From assembly GCA_002269645.1 (NCBI GenBank), contig NIVC01002891.1:67522-131521 (forward strand): 64,000 nucleotides of DNA, in the 5' to 3' direction. The DNA comes from Macrostomum lignano. Taxonomy: Eukaryota. Both the position numbers and the translations under genes were made by a program. Of the stretch, positions 30,905 to 43,599 are shown one piece after another; position 1 is the first letter of the stretch, and each line of letters begins with the position of its first letter. The notes below the pieces were generated by a model. That model saw nothing but the letters and a program-made list of their open reading frames with translations, ran no database searches and was not told where the DNA came from.

Positions 30905-33900
30905 TCAGCTGTGAATGGCCTTGTCCAGGTGATTTGGAGCGTCAGCAAACCAAGACTTGAGCTTGAAGGCTTCGGCCAGCAGCAGGGTGACCTCCTCGTC
31001 GCCCCACTGATGCGTTGGCAGGTCCTGCAGCATCAGCATGAGGCCTTGGAAGTCCGATTCGCGTTTGAGGTCGCGCGAGAAGCGCAGTAGGAATGCAGCG
31101 CACACGTACAGGTGAAAATGTGAGAAGCCGTCAACTTCAGACTGCGGGATTCATGAGATGTGGCGTGAAGAATCTCCATCAAATTTGTGGCATTTGAAAT
31201 CCGTTCTAAATTTTTGCAGGATTGTCCCACAATTCTGCCCATTCCGCGCTCGCCTGAGCACACACAAGCGCCAATACTGTACGCAGGCAGCAACTCATGC
31301 ACACAGCGTGTTACAGCGGCTCTGATTTTCTAAGCGTCAGGCATGTGCACTCTCTGTGCCTTGGGGTGGGAACTAATAGCATCTCATTGGAATTATTACT
31401 GTAGAATCTCATTAGAGCTTATACAATCTTACTAGGAGAACTAATAGCATCTCATTGGAACTAATAGCATCTCATTAGGGAAACTAATAGCATCTTATTA
31501 GGGAAACTAATAGCATCTCATTAGGGGAACTAATAGCATCTCATTAGGGGAACTAACAGCATCTTATTAGTTAGGGAAACTAATAGCATCTCATTAGGGA
31601 AACTAATAGCATCTTATTAGGGAAACTAAAAGCATCTCATTAGGGGAACTAAAAGCATCTCATTAGGGAAACTAATAGCATCCCATTAGGGGAATTAATA
31701 GCATCTCATTAAGGGAACTAATAGCATCTCACTGGAACTAATAGCAACTCATTGTTGAAACTAATAGAATCTCATTAGAGCTAATAGCTGTAATTCTACT
31801 GTTATTAGACACTATTAGATTCTACTATTATACACCCATAATGGCCAACCATCAAGGTACCGAGAGTGTGCATTCCAGATGATGGGAAAGTCAGGGCGGC
31901 TGTACACTCCATGTAAATTGCCTCAGCGCTGGTTGTGAAACGATATCGTCAAAGGGCTCCCTGCGAATTTTGTTTTTTTTCTAACCCGCTTGTCAGACAC
32001 TCACGTGATACGTGTCCCACAGCCGGATAATGCAGCGCAAAGGAATCTCCCGCATTAGTAAATTATTCATCCAGCGGAAGGCGAATTGCAGGTACTCAAC
32101 ATCGTGCCGTTCCAGGTGCGAATCCAAATCACCTGATAAATAAATTTGGGAATAAAGACGGGTTCAGAGAGGCTTTTGGATTGGGATTTACGATCATAAT
32201 AAATTTTACGGCTAAATCTATGGCAATATGGAATATAAAAGCTACGTAGTTTACCTGAAGAGGGGCAAGATTACTAGTCTAATATACTAGTTAAACATTA
32301 TGAATAAAAATAGACAAATTAGAGATTATAAAAGCTACCCCAAGGGGGGGGGCAAAACAGCTAGTCTAATATACTAATTGAACATTATGAATATGCATAG
32401 ACAGATAGAAATTATAAAAGCTACCCCAGGGGGGGGGCAAAACGGCTAGTCTAATATACTAATTAAGCATTATGAATATATATGGGCAGATTAGAGTCGA
32501 TAAAAGCTGGGGTTGACTACTAGTCAAAAATACCAAAATTGCTTAATATGAAGAAACTTTATTAATTAGCAATCTCACTACCCACCATCAACTCGTTGTA
32601 TAATCTTCCTGAGTGCCAGCACATTCTGCTGGATGCCAGGCTGCGGGAACACGAAGTTCTCCTGTATGGTGTCCAGCAGTGCCGACAGGGACCAATAGCA
32701 GTCTGCCTCGATGCTGGCTAATTCACTATCGTTCGGCGGCTCGCCGCGCAATCTCAAACGATCGCTCGAGTCAACGTCTACAGTGCAATATTCGGATAGG
32801 TAAACTATGAAATATGGCGTTACAAGGTCGTTCATGCCCTGCACGTAAGTGCTCGCCGGTCGGCGCATGCTCCAGATGAACAGTATTCGGGCGAACACCT
32901 GGCAAGAGGTAAATTTTGATAGGAAAATTATAGGATAGTAGGTGAGAAATGGCTAAAATTAATGAAAAATTTCTACTAGTCTGAGCTATCATTCCGTGGA
33001 CCATAGACTATACTGTACAATAATTCTACACCACTAAAGTACAGTCATGCCGCGGACCATAGACTATACTGTACAATAATTCTACACCACTAAAGTACAG
33101 TTATGCCGCGGACCAGACTTTACTGTACAATAATTCTACACCACTAAAGTACAGTCATGCCGCAGACCATAGACTATACTGTACAATAATTCTACACCAC
33201 TAAAGTACAGTCATGCCGCAGACCATAGACTATACTGTACAATAATTCTACAACACTAAAGTACAGTCATGCCGCGGACCATAGATTATGCTGTACAATA
33301 ATTCTACAACACTAAAGTACAGTCATGCCGCGGACAATAGACTATACTGTACAATAATTCTACAACACTAAAGTACAGTCATGCCGCGGACCATAGATTA
33401 TGCTGTACAATAACTTGTCTTTTGTCTACATTCCATGCCTGATTTTGAAAGTTCCAAAACTAAACTAATACTCAATTTAAATTGAGCATGCCTAAATCAT
33501 ACTCATTCTCAAATTTTGCAATCCAATCTGTTTATAACTTAAGTTTAAGGAAACCATTTAAGACACGCATCGACATGGTAGGTGCCGCCATAAACCATTA
33601 CCTGATGAAACTGAGTATGCTCAGCCAGCACAGTCATGCGCACCAAATCCTTCAATATCTGCTTGTACATGCCGTCGTTAGCCGGCTGAGTTCTCTTGCC
33701 ATAGTATTCGTCAACCATGCCAGCGTACATTCGTCGTTTCTCTTGAAGCACCGCGGCCCGCCTAGAGGAATTCACCGGTGCATATTTAATGAGCAGTTTC
33801 CACACAATCGGGCGCACAGTATGCGTGACGCCAGACCAGGCCAGCCGGCGCAGCTCGTCCATATTGGTGGCGGCAGCGCCTATCAGGGAGGCGAATTTCG

Positions 33901-35201
33901 ACTCCTTCTCAACTGTGTCGGCCGACTTGCCGCCGCTAGCGTTACTGCCGTCGCTGCCGCCGCCGCCAGCGTCCTCTGACAGTCTACGGTGGGCGCAATA
34001 GATACTGTGAATCTGAGCTGTTGAATAGCCACTCTGACGTACGCCTAGACCGGGCGCTGGAAGCTTCGGTTTTGCTCGGTTTGGCTGCTGCCGTTGCTGT
34101 TGTGGTTGTTGCTGCTGCTGCTGCTGCTGCAGTTCTTTGGCAGATTGAGCAGACAATGCGACTGAATAAGTCGCCTTGCTGCTGCTGCCAACCGATCGGC
34201 GATGATTCTCAATCACCTGCGGGTGCGCGGATATAAATATAGCAAGCGGCACCCTCAACTGGCACTGACCCAATTGCCCAGCAACCTCTTATGGAGGATT
34301 CAGCAACACGGGAGCCCTAAAATTAACCTGTGCGGCCTTGCCAAGTCTTCATACTTCATTCATCATCAGCATCTCGATCAAACGCATGCCTGCATCATCT
34401 CTGACTTCGGAGTTTTGGACCTTCAGGCACTGCTGCGGAAATGTCCGACGACTCAGCTAATCAAGCCTCGGACACTGGGCAAACTTGAACTACTCGGCAG
34501 TCTCTCAACTGGGCTTAACAGTAACCATGTCTAAGACCCAATTTACACATTAGCCGATGAAATTGGTACCAAGGCCAAGAAGCGTCCCAGAATCATTTGC
34601 GTCGTCATAGAAACCTTTCAGAGTCGTTGCATGTTAAAACAGGTAAAAGAAAAAAAGTAAAAGTGGCCAAAGAGAGTCGCTTAAGGTTAACAATTTTAGG
34701 CGTTTTATTGTCTGCGACTCTGGGGCTGTAGAGTCATATCTGAGGCGTGCCGGAGTCGCTGTAAAATCACGGGAGTTGATTCTAAAGCGCATCTATAACA
34801 ACTCTATTTAGCCTACTTTGGTTAGTAGAAAGTAAAGCGCTGACACAACGACTCTTCGACGACTCTTTACGATTCTTCAACTCACGTGATGCACTCGTGA
34901 CTCAACAATCGCCTCTCCATCGCATTACAATAGTTTGAGTCGTGAGTTGTTTACAAGGATTCTTTAGCAATTCTCGTCATGGTAACATTTTCAATGGGTT
35001 GATCATATATATTACATCACTGCTAATTACCTGATTAGCGGTGGCGCTAGCCAATGAAGCCGAGTGCTGCACCTGGCTGAGAAACTCCTCATCATTGGCA
35101 TCCCAGACGTCGTCTGTGCCCCGGTTGAACTTGTCAAAAGCCAGCCGGCTCTGCGAATTGTTTGACGCAATGATTGCCGCTTTCACAGTCTGCTGGCCTA
35201 G
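30905..35201 (-). CDS. TBC1D22: TBC1 domain family member 22 (Gyp1-like Rab GAP); exons 35201-35031, 34216-33602, 32898-32586, 32132-32005, 31141-30905; start codon not resolved
   Basis: DELRRLAWSGV..VRPIVWKLL; RILFIWSMRRPASTYVQGMNDLVTPY; IEADCYW; YLQFAFRWMNNLLMREIPLRCIIRLWDTY; FSHFHLYVCAAFL..LLAEAFKLKSWFADAPNH; all joins GT/AG and in phase. Confidence 0.93.
31375..31790. repeat. ~24-bp intronic minisatellite
   Basis: (GAAACTAATAGCATCTCATTAGGG)n. Confidence 0.85.
33000..33412. repeat. 56-bp intronic minisatellite
   Basis: (GACCATAGACTATACTGTACAATAATTCTACACCACTAAAGTACAGTCATGCCGCG)n. Confidence 0.9.
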
Positions 35202-36202
35202 CTGAGAGGGAGAGCAGGCCGAAGATGGCCACCAGGTTTGTACAGCTTGCTAGCGCAATTGATGGAGCCAAAGTGCTGTACGCTGCTGCGTGTAGGAGGC
35301 ATGCACCAAATTAATTAATATAACAGCTATATGACCTTCTCTGTACCCATTTGTATGGCAGCTTATGTATTTCTACTTTTAGTAGCATCTAAAGTAGAAT
35401 ACTTTTCTTTACTCTCAGCAACTGATATTTTCAAATGTTTACCAACTAAAATTCACAAAATTATATAGTTTGATTATACATCAGGATCAAAGATATATAA
35501 TCAAAAATACATTTTATTTTACTTTTACAATTTATTTTTATATATAATGACTCAATAGGGCAGGCTGGCTTTAGTGGACCAGACAAAGCAAGTTTTTTTC
35601 AAATCTTTTTTTTAATTTTGAAGTATTCATTTTTTATCTTATGCTTGGCCCATTACCATGATTTTATTTGGATGTTTAATATAAGATGAATTGCTTTTAA
35701 ACTCTTAATAATATATTATATCAACTTATGAAATTCTATCTTCTAGTAGCTTTTTTACCACTTCACTTTTCTGCTTGTTCAGTATGATGATAGGCTTGGA
35801 TTTTGTTTTATTTAGATACTTTTCTAAGCTTCATATTATCCATTCTGCTATTAGGGCATAACATCTTATAGAAAAACATGTTTTATAGGATTTATTTAGA
35901 TTTCTATTTTTAGGCAAAATGTCATCAACAAGGTCAATAAGAAGTAGGAAAAAACATAGCTTTCTGTCCTTGGTAGATAACTTTGTTGAAGAAAGCAGGC
36001 TAAATAATGTTGCAATTGATGGTATTAATCAGGCTGATAAAGTGCATTCAAATGCTAAATCATAAAATTTAAAGTCAAACACTTCAAACTGAGATTACAC
36101 AACAATCAAATTTTGCTTTCCATTGCTATCTATCCCAAATTCTTTTACTCCCCAATCCAATTACTTCCAATGACCACCAAAGCCGACAAACTGAAGCATC
36201 TA

Positions 36203-37859
36203 CAGTCATGCACAAAAGTAAGTACACCCCAAGCAAAAATTGAGAAAAACGGTTATAATTTCTGAACCGTCAGCTCTATTACGACAAAACTGCATCACAA
36301 TGATCCTTATTGACTGGCGCTTATTTTGACACATCAAGCTTTGAAAAACTCTTTGTGGCTAAGGAGCTGTGGCCAAAAATGCTCAAACACACCTGTGCAA
36401 AAGTAAGTACACCCTGCCCTTCACTACCAGTATAACCTCCTCTGTGCAAATGCGAGCCACCACAAGTACATTGCCAGCCGCCTCACTGCCTGTTACGTCA
36501 CCAGCGACTTTAGTCCTGCTCGCCCCTGCCCTCAATCGGCTCAGCTACTGGTTTTCATGCTACTATAAAGCTCATGTGCACTGCAGCCGCTTCGTCATTG
36601 ACTTGATACACGCCAGGACAATGCCAAGAGGCCAGGAGCTGTCAGTTCAGTTAAGAAATCGCATTGTAGCAGCTCACGATAGTGGCGATGGCTACAAGCG
36701 GATATCTGCTGCCTTCAATGTGCATGTATCAACGGTTAGGCGCATCATCGCAAAGTACAAACAGCACGGCACCACAGCATCTCTGCCTCGCAGTGGCCGG
36801 CCGAGCAAAATTTCAGCTCGCGCGCTGCGCAAACTCATGCAAGAGGTCAGCCAAAACCCGAATGCAACATCAGGCGAGCTGCAGCAGATGCTGAATGCAG
36901 CTGGCTTATTGCCGCACAGGACTACTGTTCGCCAAGCCCTGAACCGCGCGGGCCTCCGCAGCTGCATTCCAAGAAAAAAGCCTCTGCTGCAGCAGCGAAA
37001 TCGCGATGCCAGGCTGCAGTTCGCTAATGCGATGCTGAGCAAGCCAGACAGCTACTGGCAGTCAGTGCTTTGGACTGATGAAACCAAGATTGAGCTGTTC
37101 GGCAGGAATGAGAAGCAGCGCGTGTGGCGCAAGCCGAACACTGCATTTGAGCAGAAACACCTGAAGCCGACAGTCAAGCACGGAGGCGGCAGCATCATGC
37201 TGTGGGGCTGCTTTGCAGCTGCTGGCACCGGCAGGCTGATGCACATCACCGAGAAGATGAATTCGGCCGTGTATCTGCAGATCCTTGACGAAAACCTGCA
37301 GTCATCAGTGCATGACCTCGGTCTTGGACGAGCTTGGACACTGCAGCAGGACAATGACCCCAAGCACACGAGTGCTGCAACTCGGCGATGGCTGCAGCAG
37401 AGGCGCATCAAGGTTATGGAGTGGCCAAGCCAGAGCCCTGACCTGAACCCGATCGAGATGCTGTGGACGGATCTCAAGAAGATGGTTCACGCGAGGAAGC
37501 CGAAGAATCTGCGGGAATTGGCCGAATTCTGCATCGAGGAGTGGCGGAAAGTGCCCGCTGAGAGGTGCGCTGCCCTGGTGAATGGCTACCGCAAGCGGCT
37601 CTTGGCTGTGGTGGCTGCACGAGGCGGAGCTACAAAGTATTAAGACAGGGTGTACTTACTTTTGCACATGTGTGTTTGAGCATTTTTGGCCACAGCTCCT
37701 TAGCCACAAAGAGTTTTTCAAAGCTTGATGTGTCAAAATAAGCGCCAGTCAATAAGGATCATTGTGATGCAGTTTTGTTGTAATAGAGCTGACGATTCAG
37801 AAATTATAACCGTTTTTCTCAATTTTTGCTTGGGGTGTACTTACTTTTGTGCATGACTG
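36203..37859 (+). mobile_element. Tc1/mariner DNA transposon, IR/DR type, apparently intact
   Basis: TA TSDs at 36201-36202 and 37860-37861; ~214-bp TIRs (36203-36416, 37646-37859) starting CAGTCATGCACAAAAGTAAGTACACC, with an inner direct repeat; about 3 TIR mismatches. Confidence 0.96.
36621..37643 (+). CDS. Tc1 transposase, DD34E, 340 aa
   Basis: MPRGQELS..paired-like HTH, GRPSK, WTDETK, QQDNDPKH, SPDLNPIE (34 residues between second D and E); no stops. Confidence 0.96.
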   Translation: MPRGQELSVQLRNRIVAAHDSGDGYKRISAAFNVHVSTVRRIIAKYKQHGTTASLPRSGRPSKISARALRKLMQEVSQNPNATSGELQQMLNAAGLLPHRTTVRQALNRAGLRSCIPRKKPLLQQRNRDARLQFANAMLSKPDSYWQSVLWTDETKIELFGRNEKQRVWRKPNTAFEQKHLKPTVKHGGGSIMLWGCFAAAGTGRLMHITEKMNSAVYLQILDENLQSSVHDLGLGRAWTLQQDNDPKHTSAATRRWLQQRRIKVMEWPSQSPDLNPIEMLWTDLKKMVHARKPKNLRELAEFCIEEWRKVPAERCAALVNGYRKRLLAVVAARGGATKY

Positions 37860-40070
37860 TATAAGATGAGCTAAGTCTAAGTGCCAGTGACAAAGGAGAG
37901 TTGGACAGTGATACTGAAAATGAACTGCTAGCCCTGGAATGCCAGAGAACTAGGCCCAATCCTCTAGGAGCAAGGCCCCAGCCATCCTCAGTGGTTGTGC
38001 ACCCAGATTGGCCCTTTTCCACAACACCCCAAGATTGGGTTAAGCTATTGAAATAGCAGGCTGATGCTCCAATCAACATTGCCCCTGCAATAGTGTGACA
38101 ACAGCCCAAAGATAGCAACTTGACCATTGTTCTGCTGCACAGTGAGATGCCCAAGAAGGATGCACCATCTTGGATCATAGCAAGCAATATCTACAGCCTT
38201 ATCATCCCATGACCCAAAATGACAACTAAGGTTGCCTATTAAACAGCCATTGTCACCCCCTCTGGTAATGCCACTGTCAACCTACAAAATGCAACCCCAG
38301 CATCAGGCTATGACCAGGCTGCTAGCAAAACAAGAAACCCCAACTGAAATCCTGTCATTAATGCAAGATGCATCCAAGCTAGAACCACTCCACAAAATCA
38401 GCAGCAATTATAGCAAGATCACATTGCTAAAATGCCAAAGCATTACCACATCAAGTATCGCTAACTAGTCATAGAGATCCAACTCTATTTGGTGCAAATA
38501 GGGCGATAGCACATGGATGGTTGGCCATTTCCTATATGAGAGGACCTTTGCTCCACCATCCAGACATTACAGTGGATACTGCCTATGCCTGCCCATGCTG
38601 TTGCAGTCTAGAAGTGCATTGTTGCAAATGCATTGTTTGATTTAAACCATGGCTAGGTCAACTGACCTAATGTCTGCATTGCAATCTAGTGGCTTGGCAA
38701 GGAGTATGGCTGGCACTACTTAGATTAGTTACCAATGGAGATACTGACTAAAACCTAGAAAAATACTCATTTATAAATGCATTCCTATTTTTTATGTTAG
38801 GAAAGACAATTATTATAGTTATTTTTAGTAGTACTTATTATTGCAAACCAATACATTTTGCCTTCCTTTTTCTAGTAGTATATGCTTGTTTTGTGAAATA
38901 GAGACATACAAATTATACGTTTTTACTCATAAAAATATCTTTACCTTTTTCTAATAAAATAGCTACTTGAATATATCTGAATAACCTATATTGCAATATT
39001 ATTCATAGTGCATATTTTCTCACCTAAAAGTTTTTTTAATAGTCCACCATCTTTAATGCTTTTTGTATAAATACTAGCAAAAAATATCTTGAAGAGATAA
39101 TTCTCTCTTGATCTCACTTTGTTTGCTTATTTGGCCTTGCTAACTAGTGCATATAGCATTGAGGCCTTGATGAACATTTTGTATTGTGTAAAGAACCTTT
39201 TTAAACTGATAATTAGGTTGATTATTTATCTTTTTTGTCTATACTATTTATAGCAAATAATATTAATGAGCATAATATATAGTTAATTATAATTAATTAT
39301 TAATGAGCTTAACACTAACTCTTCCGGATAATTCTATAAGTGTATGCCAGGTATAGACATATACTTTTTTTCTTAGGAATCTTGCATGCCAATTGTGCAT
39401 GCCAACTTTTGGCACACAAGGCCAATGCACACTCAAATTTTTGGCATATTCTATATGATCCAGGGTATAGTAACAATTGGGCATAAGGTAGTTCTCCAAT
39501 AGATTTTTTCATCTATAAATAAGACAAAAAAACTAAAATTATATAGAGTAAGCAAAATATATTGCAAAAAATTAAAAACTAAAGATATAAAAAGATTAAT
39601 TTAATTTTTCTTCTTTATTATAGTTATTATTATCAAAAGTAGCTATGTTTTTTTTACTTTATTTAGCAGGAAAATGAAATCTATCATTATCAAATAGAAT
39701 AAAAATACTAAAGTAACCACTTTTAAAATATCTATGGAACTAGAATCTATAGGCTTTCAATATAGGCATTCCCATTGAATTTATAATATAGCATCCCTTG
39801 TGTTATACTAGGCCTATATATAAATATAACTTTCATTTGATGAGCCTAGGTGCTTTCTATACTTAGTGACTTTGGTTTAGACTATAGACTAGGCCTAATG
39901 CCATATTAAAGCCCCATCAACCATATCATTTTTAGGCTCAAACAATCAGTTTTCCTCTAGCATAGGCTTAACTCCAAGCATGAAATAGACTATGGGGCTT
40001 AAACAATAGACTATGCCACAATAGTCAATAGTCTAATTATGCCCAGGGGTATAGCTAGGAATTTCCTATG

Positions 40071-40671
40071 GGCCAGGATGGAATTCTTGCTCGAGGGTAG
40101 GAAAACGCGCGCGCACGTTTTTGGAGCAGCACGCAAGTGCGCATGCCAGCTGTAAAAATAAGTCATAATGCAGATCATGGCCCCATCACCCCCATGCAGC
40201 AAAAAAATGAAATTTCTAGTTTTTCAATTCTATGCCGATGTAAATAAAAAGTTGTACTTTAAGTGTAAAGTAGCTTGAACACTATATTTTTTAGAGAAAA
40301 TATTCTTAAAAATTATGAGAGTTTTATTAAACTTCAAAGAAACTATTTCTGCTAAAAACTATTATTCTTTGTTTTACTTTTGTTTTGAAATTTTCCGGCG
40401 TAAAAACAATCTTCCAGACTATGAAAAGTAGGAGAACTTGAGCCCACATACACCACATGGCACATAACCATGTTGAATGCATGTACAAGTCAAATCCTGT
40501 CTGTGATTCTTTGGCAAACAGCTTCTTATGCAAGTGCATACAATAATGGAGCGCGCACACACCTTCTTTAAGAGCGTGCAAATAGGCTTCTTTTCAGTGC
40601 GCAAGCGCACACGAATTTGACAAGTGCGCACAAATGCGTAACAACTTTTGTGCAAGAATTCTATCCTGGCC
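40071..40671. mobile_element. MITE with 20-bp TIRs
   Basis: TIR GGCCAGGAT(G/A)GAATTCTTGC, 19/20; TATG duplicated on both flanks. Confidence 0.65.
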
Positions 40672-40818
40672 TATGGGGGGATATACCAAGGTGAATTTTC
40701 TATGGGGGGGGATACACCAAGGTAATAGTGCTATGACAAAGTCACATGGTAGTATGTATAGCAACAAAGGGCAACAAAAAAGTTTTGGTCAGGCTCTTCA
40801 AGGGGGATATATCCCCCC

Positions 40819-41992
40819 GGATCCTAGTCATTTCGTCAACTGCCATTTCATCAACTGGACACATCGTCAACCCGTTCCCCATATTGGTCGTTTTGTCAAC
40901 CAACCAATAGGATACTTTCAAAGCTTGGTTATTTCGTCAACTGTTCAATGGGACGATGTCAACTTTTGGTCACTTCGTCAACTGCCAATAATATACGCCC
41001 CGCATGCAGCCCTCCTCCTTTCTCATTCTGGGCTTGGAACTAGACAATGGCGGAGTTACTGCCACAAAGATGCAGTTTGTATGGTAAAAAAAGGAAAATG
41101 CATTGCACAAAATCACAAAGATCACAAAGGCCACTGTTGTGTATTGCAAAGGCATGCAATACGTAAGGATAGTTCGGGGACAGCGTTTCTAGAAACTTCC
41201 ATTGCGGACTTGTTTACGCATAGTTCCAGAAGTTTCCTCCCCCGGTCTTTCTAGAACTTTCCTTCCCCGCGTGCATAAATATACGAGCCACCCTCCTATT
41301 GGCCAAGCCCTCTTTTGGTGCCACTGGGCACCTGGATAATTATCTATCTAGTTTCTGTGTTCGTTAATTCAACAACAGAACAGCCACCACAAAGGTCACA
41401 ATCAAATATAAAGCTGAAGATATGCGCAGAGTGTACAATATACTTATGTAGGGTGGGGGTGGGTGCGAGGATGGATTGAGAGAACAGGTGTCAACGCAAA
41501 GGGTGCTGGTTCAAGTTACAAAGACAGGGCACGTTGTCAGTTTAGGGGTGGGTGCGAAGATGGATTGAGAGAAGTCAGTTGGTTCATTGGTGGTTCTTTT
41601 TGTGGTGAATTCAAAAGTAGTCGAAGAAGAAGGTGGAAAGCGTGAAAGATCAATCTTGCCTTTGTAGCGGCATGCTTGCTACATGCTTGCTGCATGTATA
41701 CAAATTAATAGAGAATGTTCTGGAAAATCTGGGAGTTTCTGGAATAATACCCGATAATAACAAAGGTAATAAGTGGATATGACATGCATTAGTTGATGTA
41801 CATGTTATGACATTTGCAAACTGTAGACGAAGTAACTAACATTCTCAAGTCATTTCATCAACTGACTAATGAACCAATCTAAAACCTTGGTCATTTCGTC
41901 AACTTCAAGTGAGACCACCTTAAAATGTTAGTCACTTTGTCAACCCAGTTGACAAACTGGCAGTTGACGAAATGACCAGCATCCTCCCTCCC
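40819..41992. mobile_element. Foldback/MULE-like MITE with GTCATTTCGTCAAC subterminal repeats
   Basis: TIR GGAT(C/G)CT(A/G)GTCATTTCGTCAACTGCC; repeated TTCGTCAAC motifs at both ends; possible 9-bp TSD TATCCCCCC (40810-40818, 41993-42001). Confidence 0.6.
41187..41283 (+). promoter_or_regulatory. Three heat-shock elements followed by a TATA-like box
   Basis: TTCtaGAAacTTC 41187-41199, TTCcaGAAgtTTC 41224-41236, TTCtaGAActTTC ~41249-41261; CATAAATATA at ~41274. Confidence 0.55.
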
Positions 41993-43368
41993 TATCCCCC
42001 CTCCCTATCTATGCCCTTGATTATGCTATGTCTAATTTCAATTCTATCCTTTTAAATAAAGAATGATATATATACTTGTGAGCATTTGTTTCACTATAGG
42101 AATTCTTATAATTGTTTGCTAAGCACAAATTTAAAGCAAAAAAATATTGAACAAAAATGTAATATTGCCACAAATATACCTATACTGGCTATAGTATACA
42201 ATATAATATATTGCATAATATAATATACATATATATATATATAATATATGTTTTTATTTAATATAAAATACTTAATATAATTTGTATTTAATACATGATA
42301 TAATTTAACAAAATTACTTATTTAATAATATTACTATTTGCTTTTCATAGACCATACTTAACATTAGATCCTAGTAACTAAATATTGTAACTTAAAAATA
42401 GGACTTAAACCAATGTTACTAAAGTATCTGTAAATGAAACAACTGGCAAAACAAAACAGTAGGTCTATACTATAGGCCTAGTATTCAAAAATTTCAATTC
42501 AATTATATTTTTCATATGTGATTCTGTGTGAACTAAAGCCTTATTGAATGTATTCTTTATATTTATGTTGAGATATGTCTATTTATAACAGTTCATTTAG
42601 AAATAGTAAAATTAGAACAGAAGCTAGAAATGATAAAAATTGCCGGTGGTTCTGCTGCTGCAAAATAAGCTGCTGCTTGTCTAATCTCTAATAATCGTTT
42701 CGTCGAAAAAGAAAAAATTGTGTTTCGAAATCAGAGGTTCTTGTTACAAAAGAGATTTTTTAATGTATTTATTTTAAATATTTTTTATTTAGGGCACAAA
42801 AAGAAAGTTTGAGTAAACTTTTTATTTTCAGTTTTTTTTAGCTCGGGAGGTTTTGAATTTGTTTTAGCAAATCGGCGCGATAAATAATTCAAATTTTCGG
42901 ATTACATTACGACTAGTGGCTCCGGCTTGATCGAGCTCAGACCTTGTTTGCTCAACTAAAAAAATTCTTTGACTCAGTGATTAGCACAATACACAACTAG
43001 CAGACTCAACTTTTTAATTTTTCAGATTTAATTACTAACTTTGAAGTATACCTCAGGTCAATTGTATTGGATCCCAGTCAACAGGTGGCGATATCTTAAA
43101 GAAGGTAGTGTTAATTAATACTCTCTGTTGTCTGGGCGTACTTAAAATTCGATTTTGTGAATGGGGTGGGTTAATTAGGTGTCAGGATTGACTGAATCAA
43201 TTCATCAAAAAGAGCAGTTCGTCTTTCTCTTAAATTTTGAATGCAAAATTATTGAATTACTTAACTAAGTGGAGCGGAATTTTTTGCCTTTAAAGCTAAA
43301 TGTGGTAGAACAGCACGCTTGATAATGAGAAGTAAAAGAAAGGAGATTGCGAGCATTTTCATTAGAAC

Positions 43369-43400
43369 GACATGTTTCGCCTAACTTTAGGCATCATCGG
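43369..43400 (-). ncRNA. Hammerhead motif variant (CCGATGA) in inverted pLTR
   Basis: Reverse complement of 48279-48310. Confidence 0.55.
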
Positions 43401-43536
43401 GCAGATTGGAATTTATTTAATTTAAGTCAAAACGTAGAGTATAAATACATTTCAGTGGCAGATAGTCAGTGATGCACAAGATCGTAATAACAAAACACGG
43501 GGGAGTCAACAGATCAAAACCGAGACAGACAGAGAA

Positions 43537-43580
<44 letters not shown>

Positions 43581-43599
43581 CCGGGTAGTGGGTGTACGT

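Noticed and set aside
37861-38760. Cryptic gene in the moderately GC-rich CpG-free stretch
   Set aside because: An acidic start (SDKGELDSDTENE) looks coding, but stops occur at about random frequency and I recognise no domain.
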